A stretch of 64,000 nucleotides of DNA from Chloroflexota bacterium (GCA_963662335.2 CAXXVD010000001.1:576001-640000); one strand, 5' to 3'. Shown: positions 19,309 through 32,547, counted from the first letter of the stretch. Notes: generated from the letters alone by a model not told the origin. A program made the numbers and translations.

Positions 19309-19588
19309 CCGCTATTTCCCTGATCTGCGCTGCCGTGCCGGCAGCGGTGCGTGAAACTGACGGAATGGTAGCAAAGGCCGTGGGGATGTGTCAAATGCGG
19401 GCCGTCCGCGCCTGTCCTTGCGATGAAAGGAGCGCGGCGGCCTCCGTCATTCCCGCGAAAGCGGGAATCCATCTAGAGTGCCCGCGAAGATGGATTCCCG
19501 CTTTCGCGGGAATGACGGTCGGAAGGCCGCGCAGGTTGCAAACCTGCGCTACCGGAATCGCACCCGGCGCACCAGACGTTGCCCGCCG

Positions 19589-20215
19589 TTAGGGAGTTGG
19601 GCCGGGCAGGAGCCAGCGAGAGAGGTTGGGCGCGGCGTCGGCGCACGGTTGCAGCAGCAGGTCGCGCCGCAGGTGGGATCTGCCGCCCGCGGGTTCGCTA
19701 TCGCCGCCCCGCACGGCCAGGCAGAGGCCGGTATCCTGGGCGCGGATTTCCCCGTCGGCGCTAAAGGCGAAGCGCTGGCTGGGCGCGTCCGAGCACGCGC
19801 GGACGTAGAGCACGCCGTCGCCCGCCTCCAGGCACACGTCGTAGGCGTCCATGTAGAACTGGCCCGGCGCGGGATGGTTGAAGATGAAGAGTTCGTCGTC
19901 GGCGCGCGGCTTGCACGTGTGGGCCTGCAGGGGGCTATTCAGATTGAGATTATTGCCAAAGCCGGCCACGTCCACGCAGTAGTATTCCGGCTCGTCCAGC
20001 GGGTCTTGCAGCATGATGAGGCTCTCGGCGGCGGGCGTGGGGACCACGTCCGCTGGCGCGGGCGAGGCGGCCGCGGTCGGTTCCGGCGCGGGAGTGGACT
20101 GCGCCGCCGCCGTCGGCTCCGGCGTGGTCGCGGCCGCCGTCTCGGAATCTGCCGGGGACGCGCAGCCGCTCACAGCCAGCAAAGCCGCGAATAGGATCAT
20201 CCAACGAAGGGTCAT
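19589..20215 (-). CDS. Lipoprotein with Pro/Thr/Ala linker and ricin-B-like beta-trefoil domain
   Basis: LAVSGC lipobox; YCVDV, CLEA, C..APSQRF, LCLAV and QPC..NLSRW repeats. Confidence 0.65.
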   Translation of the reverse strand: MTLRWMILFAALLAVSGCASPADSETAAATTPEPTAAAQSTPAPEPTAAASPAPADVVPTPAAESLIMLQDPLDEPEYYCVDVAGFGNNLNLNSPLQAHTCKPRADDELFIFNHPAPGQFYMDAYDVCLEAGDGVLYVRACSDAPSQRFAFSADGEIRAQDTGLCLAVRGGDSEPAGGRSHLRRDLLLQPCADAAPNLSRWLLPGPTP

Positions 20216-20764
20216 AGTGCCCTCGTGCCCACACGCACTGCTCATGGGTTTACTCTGTCGCTATTCTACACCACGCACGAGGAATCGGTTAGCGCACCGG
20301 AGACGGCTGTACAAGCCCCCGCGCGTCATCCGCGCGGTCTCCGCGCGGCGCCATTGTGTCCGCCGCGTAAGCGTTGTGTGAACGTTTGATGAACGACCGG
20401 CGCGCGGCCCGGCGCGCCCAGGAAGCCGCGCAGCGCCTTATATGCCGCCAGACCGCGCCGTTGACGGCGGTTTGGAACCGCTGCGGCGCGCTCGCGCCGA
20501 TCCCAGTCATAGCGCCAATTCCCCGCTTCTTTATCCGATTGTTAACGCGCGCCGGCGGCGCGTTGACCCCTTTAAGGTCCCCGTGTTAATTTTCGCACTG
20601 TTGAGTGAAATCGCTCTGTGCCGCGCCGGGCCGCAATCGCGTACGCTTGCGCTGGCCGGACGCCGCACGACCCACGGCGCAAAGAGGGCCAGTCGCGCCG
20701 TGACCGGCGGCCCGGGTGCGCGGAACGGAGCTCTGTCGCAGTGAGCGCCATAGGGAGGATTGCA

Positions 20765-21790
<1,026 letters not shown>

Positions 21791-21842
21791 GGGACAACGA
21801 CGCCAGGAAGCTGGCGACGCAGCACTGAAAAGAGGAAACGCG

Positions 21843-22784
21843 ATGGCTGAGGACGTATCTCCGTTCTCGCGCTATCCCTCGCGCAACGACATGACCAGGC
21901 GGGCGAGCCGCAACGTGAAAGAGGAAGCGATTCACTATGCGCTTCTGGCTACGGCAACGCTCTCGATCGTCACCACCGTCGGCATTCTCGTTTCGCTCAT
22001 GGGCGAAACGCTGTTCTTCTTCAGCGAAGTGTCGATTGTCGAGTTTCTCACCCAAACCGAGTGGACACCGCTCTTTGCCATCAAGAAGTTCGGCATCTGG
22101 CCGCTGGTGACGGCCACGGCGCTGGTGGCTTTCATCGCGCTGGCGGTGGCCATTCCCGCCGGCCTGCTCATTGCCATCTACCTCAGCGAATTTGCCAGTC
22201 CCCGCGCGCGGGACGTCATCAAGCCGGTGCTGGAAGTGCTGGCCGGCGTGCCTACCGTAGTCTACGGCTATTTTGCCCTTACGTTGGTTACGCCCATTCT
22301 GCAAGAGTTCATTCCCGGCATGAGAATCTTCAACGGCTTGAGCGCGGGGTTGGTCATGGGCATCATGATCGTGCCCATGGTCGCCTCGCTGAGCGAGGAC
22401 GCCATCGGCGCGGTGCCCCAGGCCCTGCGCGAAGGAGCGTACGGCCTGGGCGCGACGCGCTTCGAGGTGGCGCTGCAAGTGGTGCTGCCGGCGGCGCTCT
22501 CCGGCATCGTGGCGTCGGCGGTGCTGGCGCTCTCGCGGGCCGTGGGCGAGACCATGATCGTCTCGATCGCGGCGGGCCAAAACCCGACCTTCACCCTGGA
22601 CCCCCGCGTGCCGATCGAGACCATGACGGCCTACATCGTGCAGGTGAGTTTGGGCGATACGCCCTTTGCCTCGCTGGAGTACCGCACGATCTTCGCCGTA
22701 GGCGCCATGCTCTTCTTCTTGACCTTTGCCATGAACATCTTCGCGCACTGGTTCGTCCGCCGCTTCCGGGAGGAATACGACTAA
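21843..22784 (+). CDS. pstC: Phosphate ABC transporter permease PstC
   Basis: [37 protein letters not shown]; position in the operon. Confidence 0.95.
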   Translation: MAEDVSPFSRYPSRNDMTRRASRNVKEEAIHYALLATATLSIVTTVGILVSLMGETLFFFSEVSIVEFLTQTEWTPLFAIKKFGIWPLVTATALVAFIALAVAIPAGLLIAIYLSEFASPRARDVIKPVLEVLAGVPTVVYGYFALTLVTPILQEFIPGMRIFNGLSAGLVMGIMIVPMVASLSEDAIGAVPQALREGAYGLGATRFEVALQVVLPAALSGIVASAVLALSRAVGETMIVSIAAGQNPTFTLDPRVPIETMTAYIVQVSLGDTPFASLEYRTIFAVGAMLFFLTFAMNIFAHWFVRRFREEYD

Positions 22785-23681
<897 letters not shown>

Positions 23682-23703
23682 CCTGCGAGAGGAAATTAGC
23701 CAT

Positions 23704-24573
<870 letters not shown>

Positions 24574-24576
24574 GTC

Positions 24577-24768
24577 TCCCCTCACCCTAACCCTCTCCCA
24601 GCGGGAGAGGGGACAAGACCGGCCGCCCTAGATATATAGCTGTAAAAGTGCCTCTGGATTCCGGCTTTCGCCGGAATGACGGATTTACGCAAAGGTCTCC
24701 CTGGGGAGAGGGCCGGGGTGAGGGGGCAACTCTGCCGCATTAACGTAGCGCGGGGGCTTGTCCCCCGC
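24577..24768. repeat. Composite intergenic REP cluster (three families) between convergent genes
   Basis: CCCTCACCCTAACCCTCTCCC..GGGAGAGGG, GGATTCCGGCTTTCGCCGGAATGAC, an inverted GGGAGAGGGCCGGGGTGAGGG and GTAGCGCGGGGGCTTGTCCCCCGC. Confidence 0.8.
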
Positions 24769-24792
24769 CGGCGCACGAAGCTCGAACACCGC

Positions 24793-25779
24793 TTAGGACT
24801 GCGCCAGGCCATCCACCAGCGCCACGATTGCCTTGCCCAGGCCCTCCAGGTCGTAGCCGCCCTCCTGCACCGCGAGGATTGGCACGCCGAGCGCGGCCAG
24901 CGCTTCGCCAATCGCCTGGTAGCACTCGTCGGTGAGCGAGAACGCGCCGACGGGATCGCCGGCGCGGGTGTCGAAGCCGCTGGAGAGGACGAGGTACGCG
25001 GGCGCGTACCAGGCAATCTTCTCCAGCGCCTGCGCGAACGCCGCCAGGTACGCCTCGTTCCCGGTGAACATGGGCAAGGCCAGGTTGAGCGTATAGCCCG
25101 CGCCCGCGCCGGCGCCGGTCTCCTCCGGCCAGCCGCTGAAGCGCGGATACGCCCAGGCGGGATGGCCGTGCAGGCTGACGTAGAGCGCCTCGTCGGTTTC
25201 GTAGAAGATTTCCTGCGTGCCGTTGCCGTGGTGAAAGTCTATGTCCAGCACCGCCACCCGGCCGTGGGCCTTGAGCGTGTGGGCGGCCACCGCCGCGTGG
25301 TTGAGGTAGCAATAGCCGCCGTACTTGTAGCGGCCCGCGTGGTGTCCCGGCGGCCGTTCCAGAGCGTAGACGCGCGCTGCTCCTTCGCGCAGCAGTTCCG
25401 CGCCGGTGAGCGCCACGCACGACGCCAGCCACGCCTGCGCCAGCGTATTGCCCGCCAGCGGCGTATCCGGGCTGATGGTGTAGGGAGTTTCCAGCACCGA
25501 CTCGCCGTCGGTCCGCGCCAGGCGGCGGGTGGTTGTCTCCAGAAATTCGATGAGACTGGCGTCGTGCACCGCGGCGGCCGCGTCGAACGGATACTCGCGC
25601 GGCTCGACGAAACTGGCGGCGTGTCCGGCCTGGCGCAGGGCGTCGGCCATTACCTCCACGCGCTCAGGGACTTCCGGGTGAGCCACCACGATGTTGCGCG
25701 ATAGCTCGATGCGCGGCGCGTGGGGTTGGTGGCGCGGCGTGTATACGATGGGCAGCGTGCGCGGGGCGGTGGTCGGCAT
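24793..25779 (-). CDS. Histone deacetylase family protein (acetylpolyamine amidohydrolase-like)
   Basis: HPEVPERV, RPPGHHA, GGYCYLN, DIDFHHGNGTQ, SLHG, GFD, QEGGY. Confidence 0.93.
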   Translation of the reverse strand: MPTTAPRTLPIVYTPRHQPHAPRIELSRNIVVAHPEVPERVEVMADALRQAGHAASFVEPREYPFDAAAAVHDASLIEFLETTTRRLARTDGESVLETPYTISPDTPLAGNTLAQAWLASCVALTGAELLREGAARVYALERPPGHHAGRYKYGGYCYLNHAAVAAHTLKAHGRVAVLDIDFHHGNGTQEIFYETDEALYVSLHGHPAWAYPRFSGWPEETGAGAGAGYTLNLALPMFTGNEAYLAAFAQALEKIAWYAPAYLVLSSGFDTRAGDPVGAFSLTDECYQAIGEALAALGVPILAVQEGGYDLEGLGKAIVALVDGLAQS

Positions 25780-25803
25780 AGGTAGCGTTTCTCTTGGCGC
25801 GAG

Positions 25804-27093
25804 CTAGGATGAGCCGACCGCGTACGGGCGCAGCGCCGGCCAGTACTTGCGCGGCAGCGTGCCTTCGATCACGGTGCCGTCGGCGCGGTGCTGCTCGCGG
25901 CGGATGCGGCCTCGCTGGTGGAAGAGGCTGACCAAGCGCCCCTCGGCATAGGGAATGCGCACGCGCACGTCAACCGAAAGCTGCGCGTCCAGCGTGCGCG
26001 CCACCGTAGCGAGCAGAGCATCCAGGCCGTCGCCGTCGCGGGCGGAGATGAGGACGGGATTAGGGTAGTCCGCCGGATTTGGCGCGAGACCCTCCAGCCG
26101 GTCGATCTTATTGAGGGCCGTGATGATCGGTTTGTCGTCGATGCCCAGGTCGGCCAGGGTCTCATAGACCGCCGCCGCCTGGCGTTCGCACTGGGGATGG
26201 CTGACATCCACCACGTGCAGCAGCACGTCGGCGGCGTGGATTTCCTCCAACGTGGCGCGAAAGGCCGCGATGAGCGTGGGCGGCAGGTGGCGGATGAAGC
26301 CCACGGTGTCGCTGAAGACCGCCTCCAGGCCGTTGGGCAGCTTGACGCGCCGGGTGGTGGGGTCCAGCGTGGCAAAGAGCTTATCCTCCGCCAGCACGCC
26401 GGCTTGCGTCAGGGCGTTGAGCAGCGTGCTCTTGCCGGAGTTGGTATAGCCCACCAGGGAAATCACCGGCACGTCGTTGCCGGTGCGCCGGGCGCGTTGG
26501 CGGGCGCGGCGGGCGCGCACCGCGTCCAGCCGCTCCCCCAGGTGCGCGAGCCGCTGGCGGATGAGCCGCCGGTCGGCCTCGATCTGCGTTTCGCCGGGGC
26601 CGCGGGTGCCGATGCCGCCGCCCAGGCGCGAGAATTTCACCCAGAGCGTGGAGAGGCGCGGCAGCAAGTACGTCAGTTGCGCCATTTCGACTTGCAACTT
26701 GCCCTCGGTGGTCTGCGCGCGGGTGGCGAAGATGTCCAGAATCAGCGCCGTGCGGTCGAGCACCTTGACGTCAAGCTGCTCTTCCAGGTTGCGCTGCTGG
26801 CTGGGTGTGAGGTCGTTGTCGAAGATGGCCAGGTCGTAGGCCTGCTCGCGCCGCAGCGCCTTTAGCTCCTCCACCTTGCCCTTGCCGATGTAAGTGGCGG
26901 TGTCCGGTTTGCGCCGCCGCTGGGAGCGCGTCTCCACCACGAGCGCGCCGGCCGTCCGCGCCAGGCTGGCGAGTTCCGCCAACGACTCCTCAACCGGCCA
27001 TTGCTCGGCAGCGCCGCCCAGCGCGACGCAGACCAGCACCGCGCGTTCCGTCCCGCGCCGGGGATCAATGCCGTGTTGTGCGAAATCGAGCAC
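25804..27093 (-). CDS. hflX: Ribosome-splitting GTPase HflX
   Basis: [59 protein letters not shown]. Confidence 0.97.
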   Translation of the reverse strand: MLDFAQHGIDPRRGTERAVLVCVALGGAAEQWPVEESLAELASLARTAGALVVETRSQRRRKPDTATYIGKGKVEELKALRREQAYDLAIFDNDLTPSQQRNLEEQLDVKVLDRTALILDIFATRAQTTEGKLQVEMAQLTYLLPRLSTLWVKFSRLGGGIGTRGPGETQIEADRRLIRQRLAHLGERLDAVRARRARQRARRTGNDVPVISLVGYTNSGKSTLLNALTQAGVLAEDKLFATLDPTTRRVKLPNGLEAVFSDTVGFIRHLPPTLIAAFRATLEEIHAADVLLHVVDVSHPQCERQAAAVYETLADLGIDDKPIITALNKIDRLEGLAPNPADYPNPVLISARDGDGLDALLATVARTLDAQLSVDVRVRIPYAEGRLVSLFHQRGRIRREQHRADGTVIEGTLPRKYWPALRPYAVGSS

Positions 27094-27276
27094 GAATCCT
27101 GCCTCGCCTACTACCTGCGTATGCCCACGCTACGCGGGCGCACCCATTGTACCACAGGGATTGCGCCCATTGAGCGGTTAAACTTTGGGGCGTCATGCGG
27201 CTGCGGCGCGTGCGGCGCCGCGAGGCGCAAGTCCACAGCCGAGGTGCGGCACTTAATGTCCCCTGAGCGCGAAGAA

Positions 27277-27300
27277 GCGGGGGACAAGCCCCCGCGCTAC
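27277..27300 (-). repeat. GTAG-type REP, family GTAGCGCGGGGGCTTGTCCCCCGC
   Basis: Near-identical copies at ~3842, 5335, 6885, 24745, 27277, 27567, 33481, 48329 and 48371, in either orientation. Related GTAG hairpins at 1127-1150, 19529-19552, 29724-29751 and 33531-33555. Confidence 0.88.
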
Positions 27301-27707
27301 GGCTGCTGAGCGAGAAGTGATTGCGAGGCTTCCGCTTGGGACGAAATGAAGAGACACCCGGGTGTCTTGCTTTGTCAGGTGAGAGGTTGCAGCGGAGCCT
27401 GTCTCATTCGCGTTAACAGTATACCACCTTGACGGCAGACTCACATTTCTAAGCCTAAATCACCCTCTCTGGGGGGAAAATCTTGCGCACTGCGCCAAGT
27501 TGCTATACTTGCCGCTTGGCCAAGCGCGCGCTCACCCGACGCACGGCCAAATCACGTCAACACGCCGTAGCGCGGGGGCTTGTCTCCCGCCTCTTGGCGC
27601 AACCAGGCAGACACGCACTCGGACAGGACGCCGTACCTCGCCGCCGTCCTGGGCGGCAGCGCCTTTTGGCTAAGGCGGGAACAACCGCATCCACTAGAGG
27701 AGGAAGC

Positions 27708-29690
27708 ATGAGCGCAAGCGCCAACCGGACCTACCGTGTCGTGAGGCGGCAACTGCGGGCGCACCTGCACCTGCTGGCGGGCATTGTCGCGCTCGTGATC
27801 GTCAGCACCGGCGTGAGCCTCGTCTCGCCGCTGCTGGTCAAGCGGCTCATCGACGAGGCCATTCCCGCGCGGGACGTCTCGCTGATCGTGTTACTGCTCG
27901 TCGGCATCGTCCTCTTTCCGCTCGTCGCGATGACGCTGGGAGCGGTGCAGAACTACCTGCGCGCCGGCATCGGCGAAGCGGTTTCGCAATCGCTCCGGCA
28001 GGCGCTCTTCAATCATCTCTTGTACGTGCGCATGCGCGATCTGGAGCGCATCGCCAGCGGCCGCATCATCCGCACGATCATGAAAGTCTGCGGTGAGATC
28101 GGCGAGATGTACGTGGCCAACGAGTTGCTGCCGGTTTTTACCAACGCCGTGCTCTTGCTGGGTACGTTGGGCGTCATGTTCTTCCTGAATATTCGCCTGC
28201 TGCTGGCAAGCCTGGTGGTTCTGCCGCTCTCCTATCTCTTTGCGCAATGGATGCGCAATTACGCGGAACGCCTTGACCAGGAGTTCATTCAGAACAGAGA
28301 GCGCGGCATGAACTACCTGCAAGACGTTGTCCCGGGCATGCGCACCGTGCGCGCCGGTACCGCGCAGCCGTATGAAACGGCGCGGTGGCTGGAGTGGCTC
28401 AAGGCGGACTGGCGGCTCAAGGCAAAGAGCATCACGTTCCACAACCTGGTGCGCACGCTGCCGCTGGACCTCATTCAGACTGTCGCGGTCGGACTGGTGT
28501 ACGGCTACGGCGCGTACGAGGTGATGAGTGGGAGATTGAGTATCGGGGGCTTGGTGGCCTTCATCATCTACGTGCCGCGCGCCTACACGGCGCTGGAAGC
28601 CATCCTCTCCGGCCACATCAGCACCGGCCAGGCCAAAGCCGCCGCCGAGCGCATCGACTCGCTGCTCGCCCTGCCGTGCGAAGAGAATCCGCCCGCCGCG
28701 CCAGACGCCGTGCGCGGCTTGCCCCTGGGCGTGGGACGGGCGGAGCGAGCGACTGACACCAATGACGGAGGCCAAGCTGCGGCGACATCGCTTTCGAAGA
28801 CGGTCTCGCGGAAAGAGATTTCGGCAACAGGCGAAGCCCCATCCGTACGTACTTCGACAGGCTCAGCACGAACGGATGGCGGCGCTGCCAGGGAACCCGG
28901 CGGAGTTGGCATAGCACTCGGTGGAGTCAGCAAAGTCCCTGGCGGAAATGGCAAAGGCTCCGGCGGCGCTGCCATAGAGTTCGCAAATGTCTCGTTCGAC
29001 TACGGCCGCGACGGCTTTGGCTTGGAAGAGGTGTCGTTTCGCGCCGAAACCGGAGAGTTCATCGGCGTCGTCGGGCCGAGCGGCGGCGGCAAGAGCACCG
29101 TCATCGACCTGCTGCTGCGCTTCTACGAACCCCGCTCCGGCGCGATCCGCGTAGACGGCGAGGACATAGAGTCGCTGCCGCTCTCGAACCTGCGCGGCAT
29201 GGTCGGCCTCGTGCCCCAGGACGTCTTCCTCTGGAACGACACTATCTACGCCAACCTCGTGTATCCCGTGCGCGACGTGCCGCGAACGCGCGTCATCGCG
29301 GCGGCCAAGGCGGCGCAACTCCACGACTTCGTCCAGTCGCTGCCCCGGGGCTACGACACGCCCGTCGGCGAGCGCGGAGTGGCGCTTTCCGGCGGCGAAC
29401 GCCAACGCCTGGCGCTCTGCCGCGCAATGCTTGCGCAACCGCGCATCCTCCTGCTGGATGAGGCCGCGTCCGCCCTGGACGCGCTCACCGACCAAAAGGT
29501 GCGCGCCGCCCTGGAATCGGCACGGCAGGGACGCACCACCATCGTGGTGGCGCACCGGCTCATCAGCGTGATGCACGCCGACAGGATTCTGGCGCTCGAC
29601 CAGGGCAGGCTGGTGCAAGATGGCGCGCCCCAAACACTGCGCGCCCAGCCGGGTCTCTTCCAAGACCTCTACCAGGCGCAGAAGCTGTGA
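27708..29690 (+). CDS. ABC exporter, fused permease and ATPase (MsbA/Sav1866-like) with an unusually long linker
   Basis: Six-TM ABC membrane domain; GPSGGGKST, LSGGERQRLA, LLDEA, VAHRL; GAGGAGG RBS before ATG 27708. Confidence 0.92.
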   Translation: MSASANRTYRVVRRQLRAHLHLLAGIVALVIVSTGVSLVSPLLVKRLIDEAIPARDVSLIVLLLVGIVLFPLVAMTLGAVQNYLRAGIGEAVSQSLRQALFNHLLYVRMRDLERIASGRIIRTIMKVCGEIGEMYVANELLPVFTNAVLLLGTLGVMFFLNIRLLLASLVVLPLSYLFAQWMRNYAERLDQEFIQNRERGMNYLQDVVPGMRTVRAGTAQPYETARWLEWLKADWRLKAKSITFHNLVRTLPLDLIQTVAVGLVYGYGAYEVMSGRLSIGGLVAFIIYVPRAYTALEAILSGHISTGQAKAAAERIDSLLALPCEENPPAAPDAVRGLPLGVGRAERATDTNDGGQAAATSLSKTVSRKEISATGEAPSVRTSTGSARTDGGAAREPGGVGIALGGVSKVPGGNGKGSGGAAIEFANVSFDYGRDGFGLEEVSFRAETGEFIGVVGPSGGGKSTVIDLLLRFYEPRSGAIRVDGEDIESLPLSNLRGMVGLVPQDVFLWNDTIYANLVYPVRDVPRTRVIAAAKAAQLHDFVQSLPRGYDTPVGERGVALSGGERQRLALCRAMLAQPRILLLDEAASALDALTDQKVRAALESARQGRTTIVVAHRLISVMHADRILALDQGRLVQDGAPQTLRAQPGLFQDLYQAQKL

Positions 29691-29909
29691 TTGCCCGGGA
29701 ACGAAGCGTTGTCTCAGCAAGGAAGAGGGCAACCACAAGGGTTGCCCCTACCCTCTGGTAGCGTAGGATTGCAACCAGCGCCGCGCGTCGCCCGTGTGCG
29801 CGCGATGCAAGCGCAGTTGCGCACTTGCCCGGTTGCCGCAGCCGGATGCGGGCGCGTATAATCGCCACAGGAACCCACCGCTGCGTACGATGCGAGAAGC
29901 CGCTTTCCC

Positions 29910-30926
29910 ATGCGCGTTTTGATTACGGGCGTTACCGGCTTTGCGGGCAGCCATTTGGCGGATACGTGCCTGGCGCGCGGGGCTGAGGTGTGGGGCTTGG
30001 CGCACGCGCCGGGGCCGCATCCGCATCTGGCGCACCTGGGCGAGCGCGTGCGGCTCTACAAGGCGGACATTACCGCTGAGGCGAGCGTGCGCGCCACGCT
30101 GGCGGCTATCGCGCCGGATTGGATCTTCCATCTGGCGGCCCAGGCGCACGTGCCGGCGGCGTGGCAGAATCCCGCCGCGACCTTGAGCACCAATATCCTG
30201 GGACAACTGCACGTCATCCAAGCCATGCGGGAGCACGCGCCGGCGGCGCGGCTGCTGACGGTGAGTTCCAGCAGCGTCTACGGAATGGTGGAAGAGGAGG
30301 CCCAGCCGGTAGACGAGGAGACGCCGTTGCGTCCCGCCGACCCCTACGCGGTGAGCAAGGTGGGACAGGAGATGCTGGCGGTGCAGTTTGGGCAGAGCCA
30401 CGGCCTAGACAGCGTGCGGGTGCGGCCGTTCAACCACATTGGGCCGCGCCAAGCGCCGGATTTCGTCATTGCCCGCTTCGCGCGGGAACTGGCGCGCATG
30501 GAGGCGGGTCTGCGGCCGCCTGTGCTGCGCGTGGGCAACATGAGCGCCAAGCGCGACTTCACCGACGTGCGCGACGTGGCGAACGCCTACTGGCTGGCGC
30601 TGGAGAAGGGCGCGCCCGGCGCGGTGTATACGATTGGTTCAGGCGTTGCGCGCTCGATTGACGAGATGCTGCAGCTCATGCTGGGTCTCACGCAGGTGGA
30701 CGTACAGGTGGAAACCGATCCGGCGCTCTTCCGGCCGGGCGACGCGCCGGTTCTGCAGGCGGATCCGCGCGCGTTCCAGCGGCAGACCGGCTGGCGCGCC
30801 AAAATCCCCCTGGAACAGACCTTGCGGGACACCCTGGACTACTGGCGGGAGCGGGAGTGCGCGGAAGATGGATTTCCGCGAAAACGGGAATCACCATGGC
30901 CGCCCGCTGGCCACAAGAGGGAGTGA
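29910..30926 (+). CDS. GDP-mannose 4,6-dehydratase / GDP-4-keto-6-deoxy-D-mannose reductase (Rmd-like) extended SDR
   Basis: LITGVTGFAGSHL, HLAAQ, PYAVSK, RPFNHIGPRQ, RDFTDVRDV, TLRDTLDYWR. Confidence 0.88.
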   Translation: MRVLITGVTGFAGSHLADTCLARGAEVWGLAHAPGPHPHLAHLGERVRLYKADITAEASVRATLAAIAPDWIFHLAAQAHVPAAWQNPAATLSTNILGQLHVIQAMREHAPAARLLTVSSSSVYGMVEEEAQPVDEETPLRPADPYAVSKVGQEMLAVQFGQSHGLDSVRVRPFNHIGPRQAPDFVIARFARELARMEAGLRPPVLRVGNMSAKRDFTDVRDVANAYWLALEKGAPGAVYTIGSGVARSIDEMLQLMLGLTQVDVQVETDPALFRPGDAPVLQADPRAFQRQTGWRAKIPLEQTLRDTLDYWRERECAEDGFPRKRESPWPPAGHKRE

Positions 30927-30940
30927 AAACGCACGCGTAT

Positions 30941-31048
30941 CTCTCCGTTCATACTTCGACAAGCTCAGCACGAACGGAGAGATATGCGTGCGAAGTTGCT
31001 ACACGTTTAGTCCGCCGTTCACCCTTCGACGTTGCTCAGGGGGAACGG
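30941..31048. repeat. REP family CCGTTCGT(G/A)CT..CTTCGACAAGCTCAGCACGAACGG, two copies
   Basis: Palindromic copies at 30941-30982 and 31013-31048. Also at ~5361, 13356, 28839-28879, 60851-60908 and 60940-60973. Confidence 0.8.
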
Positions 31049-31113
31049 CTAGATTTCGCTGTTTTCAGATTGATGACGGGACTTGAACTGCGAGAAGGAG
31101 CGCCTGAGACACG

Positions 31114-32547
31114 ATGGAGTCTGCACCAATCACGTTTGGCACCGACGGCTGGCGCGCCATCATCGGCGCGGACTATACGGTCGAGAACGTGCGCCTCCTC
31201 ACGCAGGCGGTGGCGCAGCACTGGCTGGCGGCGCATCCGGCGGAAGCCGAACGCGGCCTCGTCGTAGCCTACGACACCCGTTTCAACGCCGAGATGTTCG
31301 CGGCGGCGGCGGCTGAGGTGCTGGCCGGCAACGGCATTCCCGCCGCGCTGACCCACGCGCCCACGCCCACGCCGGTCTTTGCCCACGCCATCGTGCACCG
31401 GCAGGCCGGCGGCGGCATTACGCTCACGGCCAGCCACAATCCGTTCGACTACCAGGGCTACAAGGTGCGGTCGGCCTACGGCGGGGCCACGCCGCCGGAC
31501 GAACTGGCGCAGATCGAGCGGATCGCCAACGGGTTGCATTCGCGTGACGTGCGTTCGCTCACCCTGGCCCAAGCCGAGCAACAGGGGCTTTATAGGGAAT
31601 TCGATGCCGCGCCCGCGTATCTGCGGCACATTGGCGAACTGGTCGACCTGGGCGGCCTGCGCGCCTGGGACGGCACGCTGGTGGTGGACGCCATGTACGG
31701 CGCCGGCCGCGACTGGTTCAGCAACATCCTCCAGGGCGGCTCGCTGCGGGTCTACGACCTGCACAACGAGCGCAATCCTATGTTCCCCGGCCTGCACAAT
31801 CCCGAGCCGATTCCCGGCAACCTGCACGACCTCTTCAGCATCGTGCGCCAGATGGGGGCGCAGGTGGGCCTGGCAACCGACGGCGACGCGGACCGCCTGG
31901 GCGCGTGCGACGAGCGGGGCGCGTTCTTGAACCAACTGACCGTGATGTCGCTGCTGGCGCTCTATCTGCTGGAAGCGCGCGGCCTGCGTGGGCCGATTGT
32001 CAAGACCTTCACCTCCAGCGGAATGCTCAACCGCCTCGGCGAGCATTTCGACGTGCCGGTGCACGAAACGCCGGTGGGTTTCAAGTTCGTGGCCCCCAAG
32101 ATGCTGGCGACCAACGCCCTGCTGGGCGGCGAGGAGAGCGGCGGCTACGCCTTCCGCGGCCACGTGCCGGAACGCGACGGCATCCTGGCGGGACTCTTCC
32201 TGCTGGACTACGTGGTGCAATCCGGCCGCGCGCCGTCCGAACTGGTGGAGCACCTCTTCAACCTGGTCGGGCCGCACCACTACGACCGGCTGGACCTGGA
32301 CTTTCCCCAGGAAGAGCGGCAAAACATCACGGCGCGCCTGCGGGCGCACGCGCCCACGAAACTGGCCGACGGCGCGGTCGCGCGGACCCGCGACGAGGAC
32401 GGCTTCCACTATACGCTGGACGACGGCGCGTGGGTCTGCGTGCGCTTCTCCGGCACGGAACCGATCATGCGCGTCTACGCCGAGGCGGAGAGCGCCGCGC
32501 GGGTGCAGGCTCTCATCCAAGCCGCGCGGGCGCTTTCAGGCGTGTGA
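31114..32547 (+). CDS. Phosphoglucomutase/phosphomannomutase family protein
   Basis: FGTDGWRA, TASHNP phosphoserine loop, DGDADR, GFK, GGEESGG, RFSGTEP. Confidence 0.95.
   Translation: MESAPITFGTDGWRAIIGADYTVENVRLLTQAVAQHWLAAHPAEAERGLVVAYDTRFNAEMFAAAAAEVLAGNGIPAALTHAPTPTPVFAHAIVHRQAGGGITLTASHNPFDYQGYKVRSAYGGATPPDELAQIERIANGLHSRDVRSLTLAQAEQQGLYREFDAAPAYLRHIGELVDLGGLRAWDGTLVVDAMYGAGRDWFSNILQGGSLRVYDLHNERNPMFPGLHNPEPIPGNLHDLFSIVRQMGAQVGLATDGDADRLGACDERGAFLNQLTVMSLLALYLLEARGLRGPIVKTFTSSGMLNRLGEHFDVPVHETPVGFKFVAPKMLATNALLGGEESGGYAFRGHVPERDGILAGLFLLDYVVQSGRAPSELVEHLFNLVGPHHYDRLDLDFPQEERQNITARLRAHAPTKLADGAVARTRDEDGFHYTLDDGAWVCVRFSGTEPIMRVYAEAESAARVQALIQAARALSGV

Noticed and set aside
19030-19340. 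T-box riboswitch upstream of aroF
   Set aside because: No AGGGTGGNACCGCG T-box consensus; the leader-peptide model fits better.
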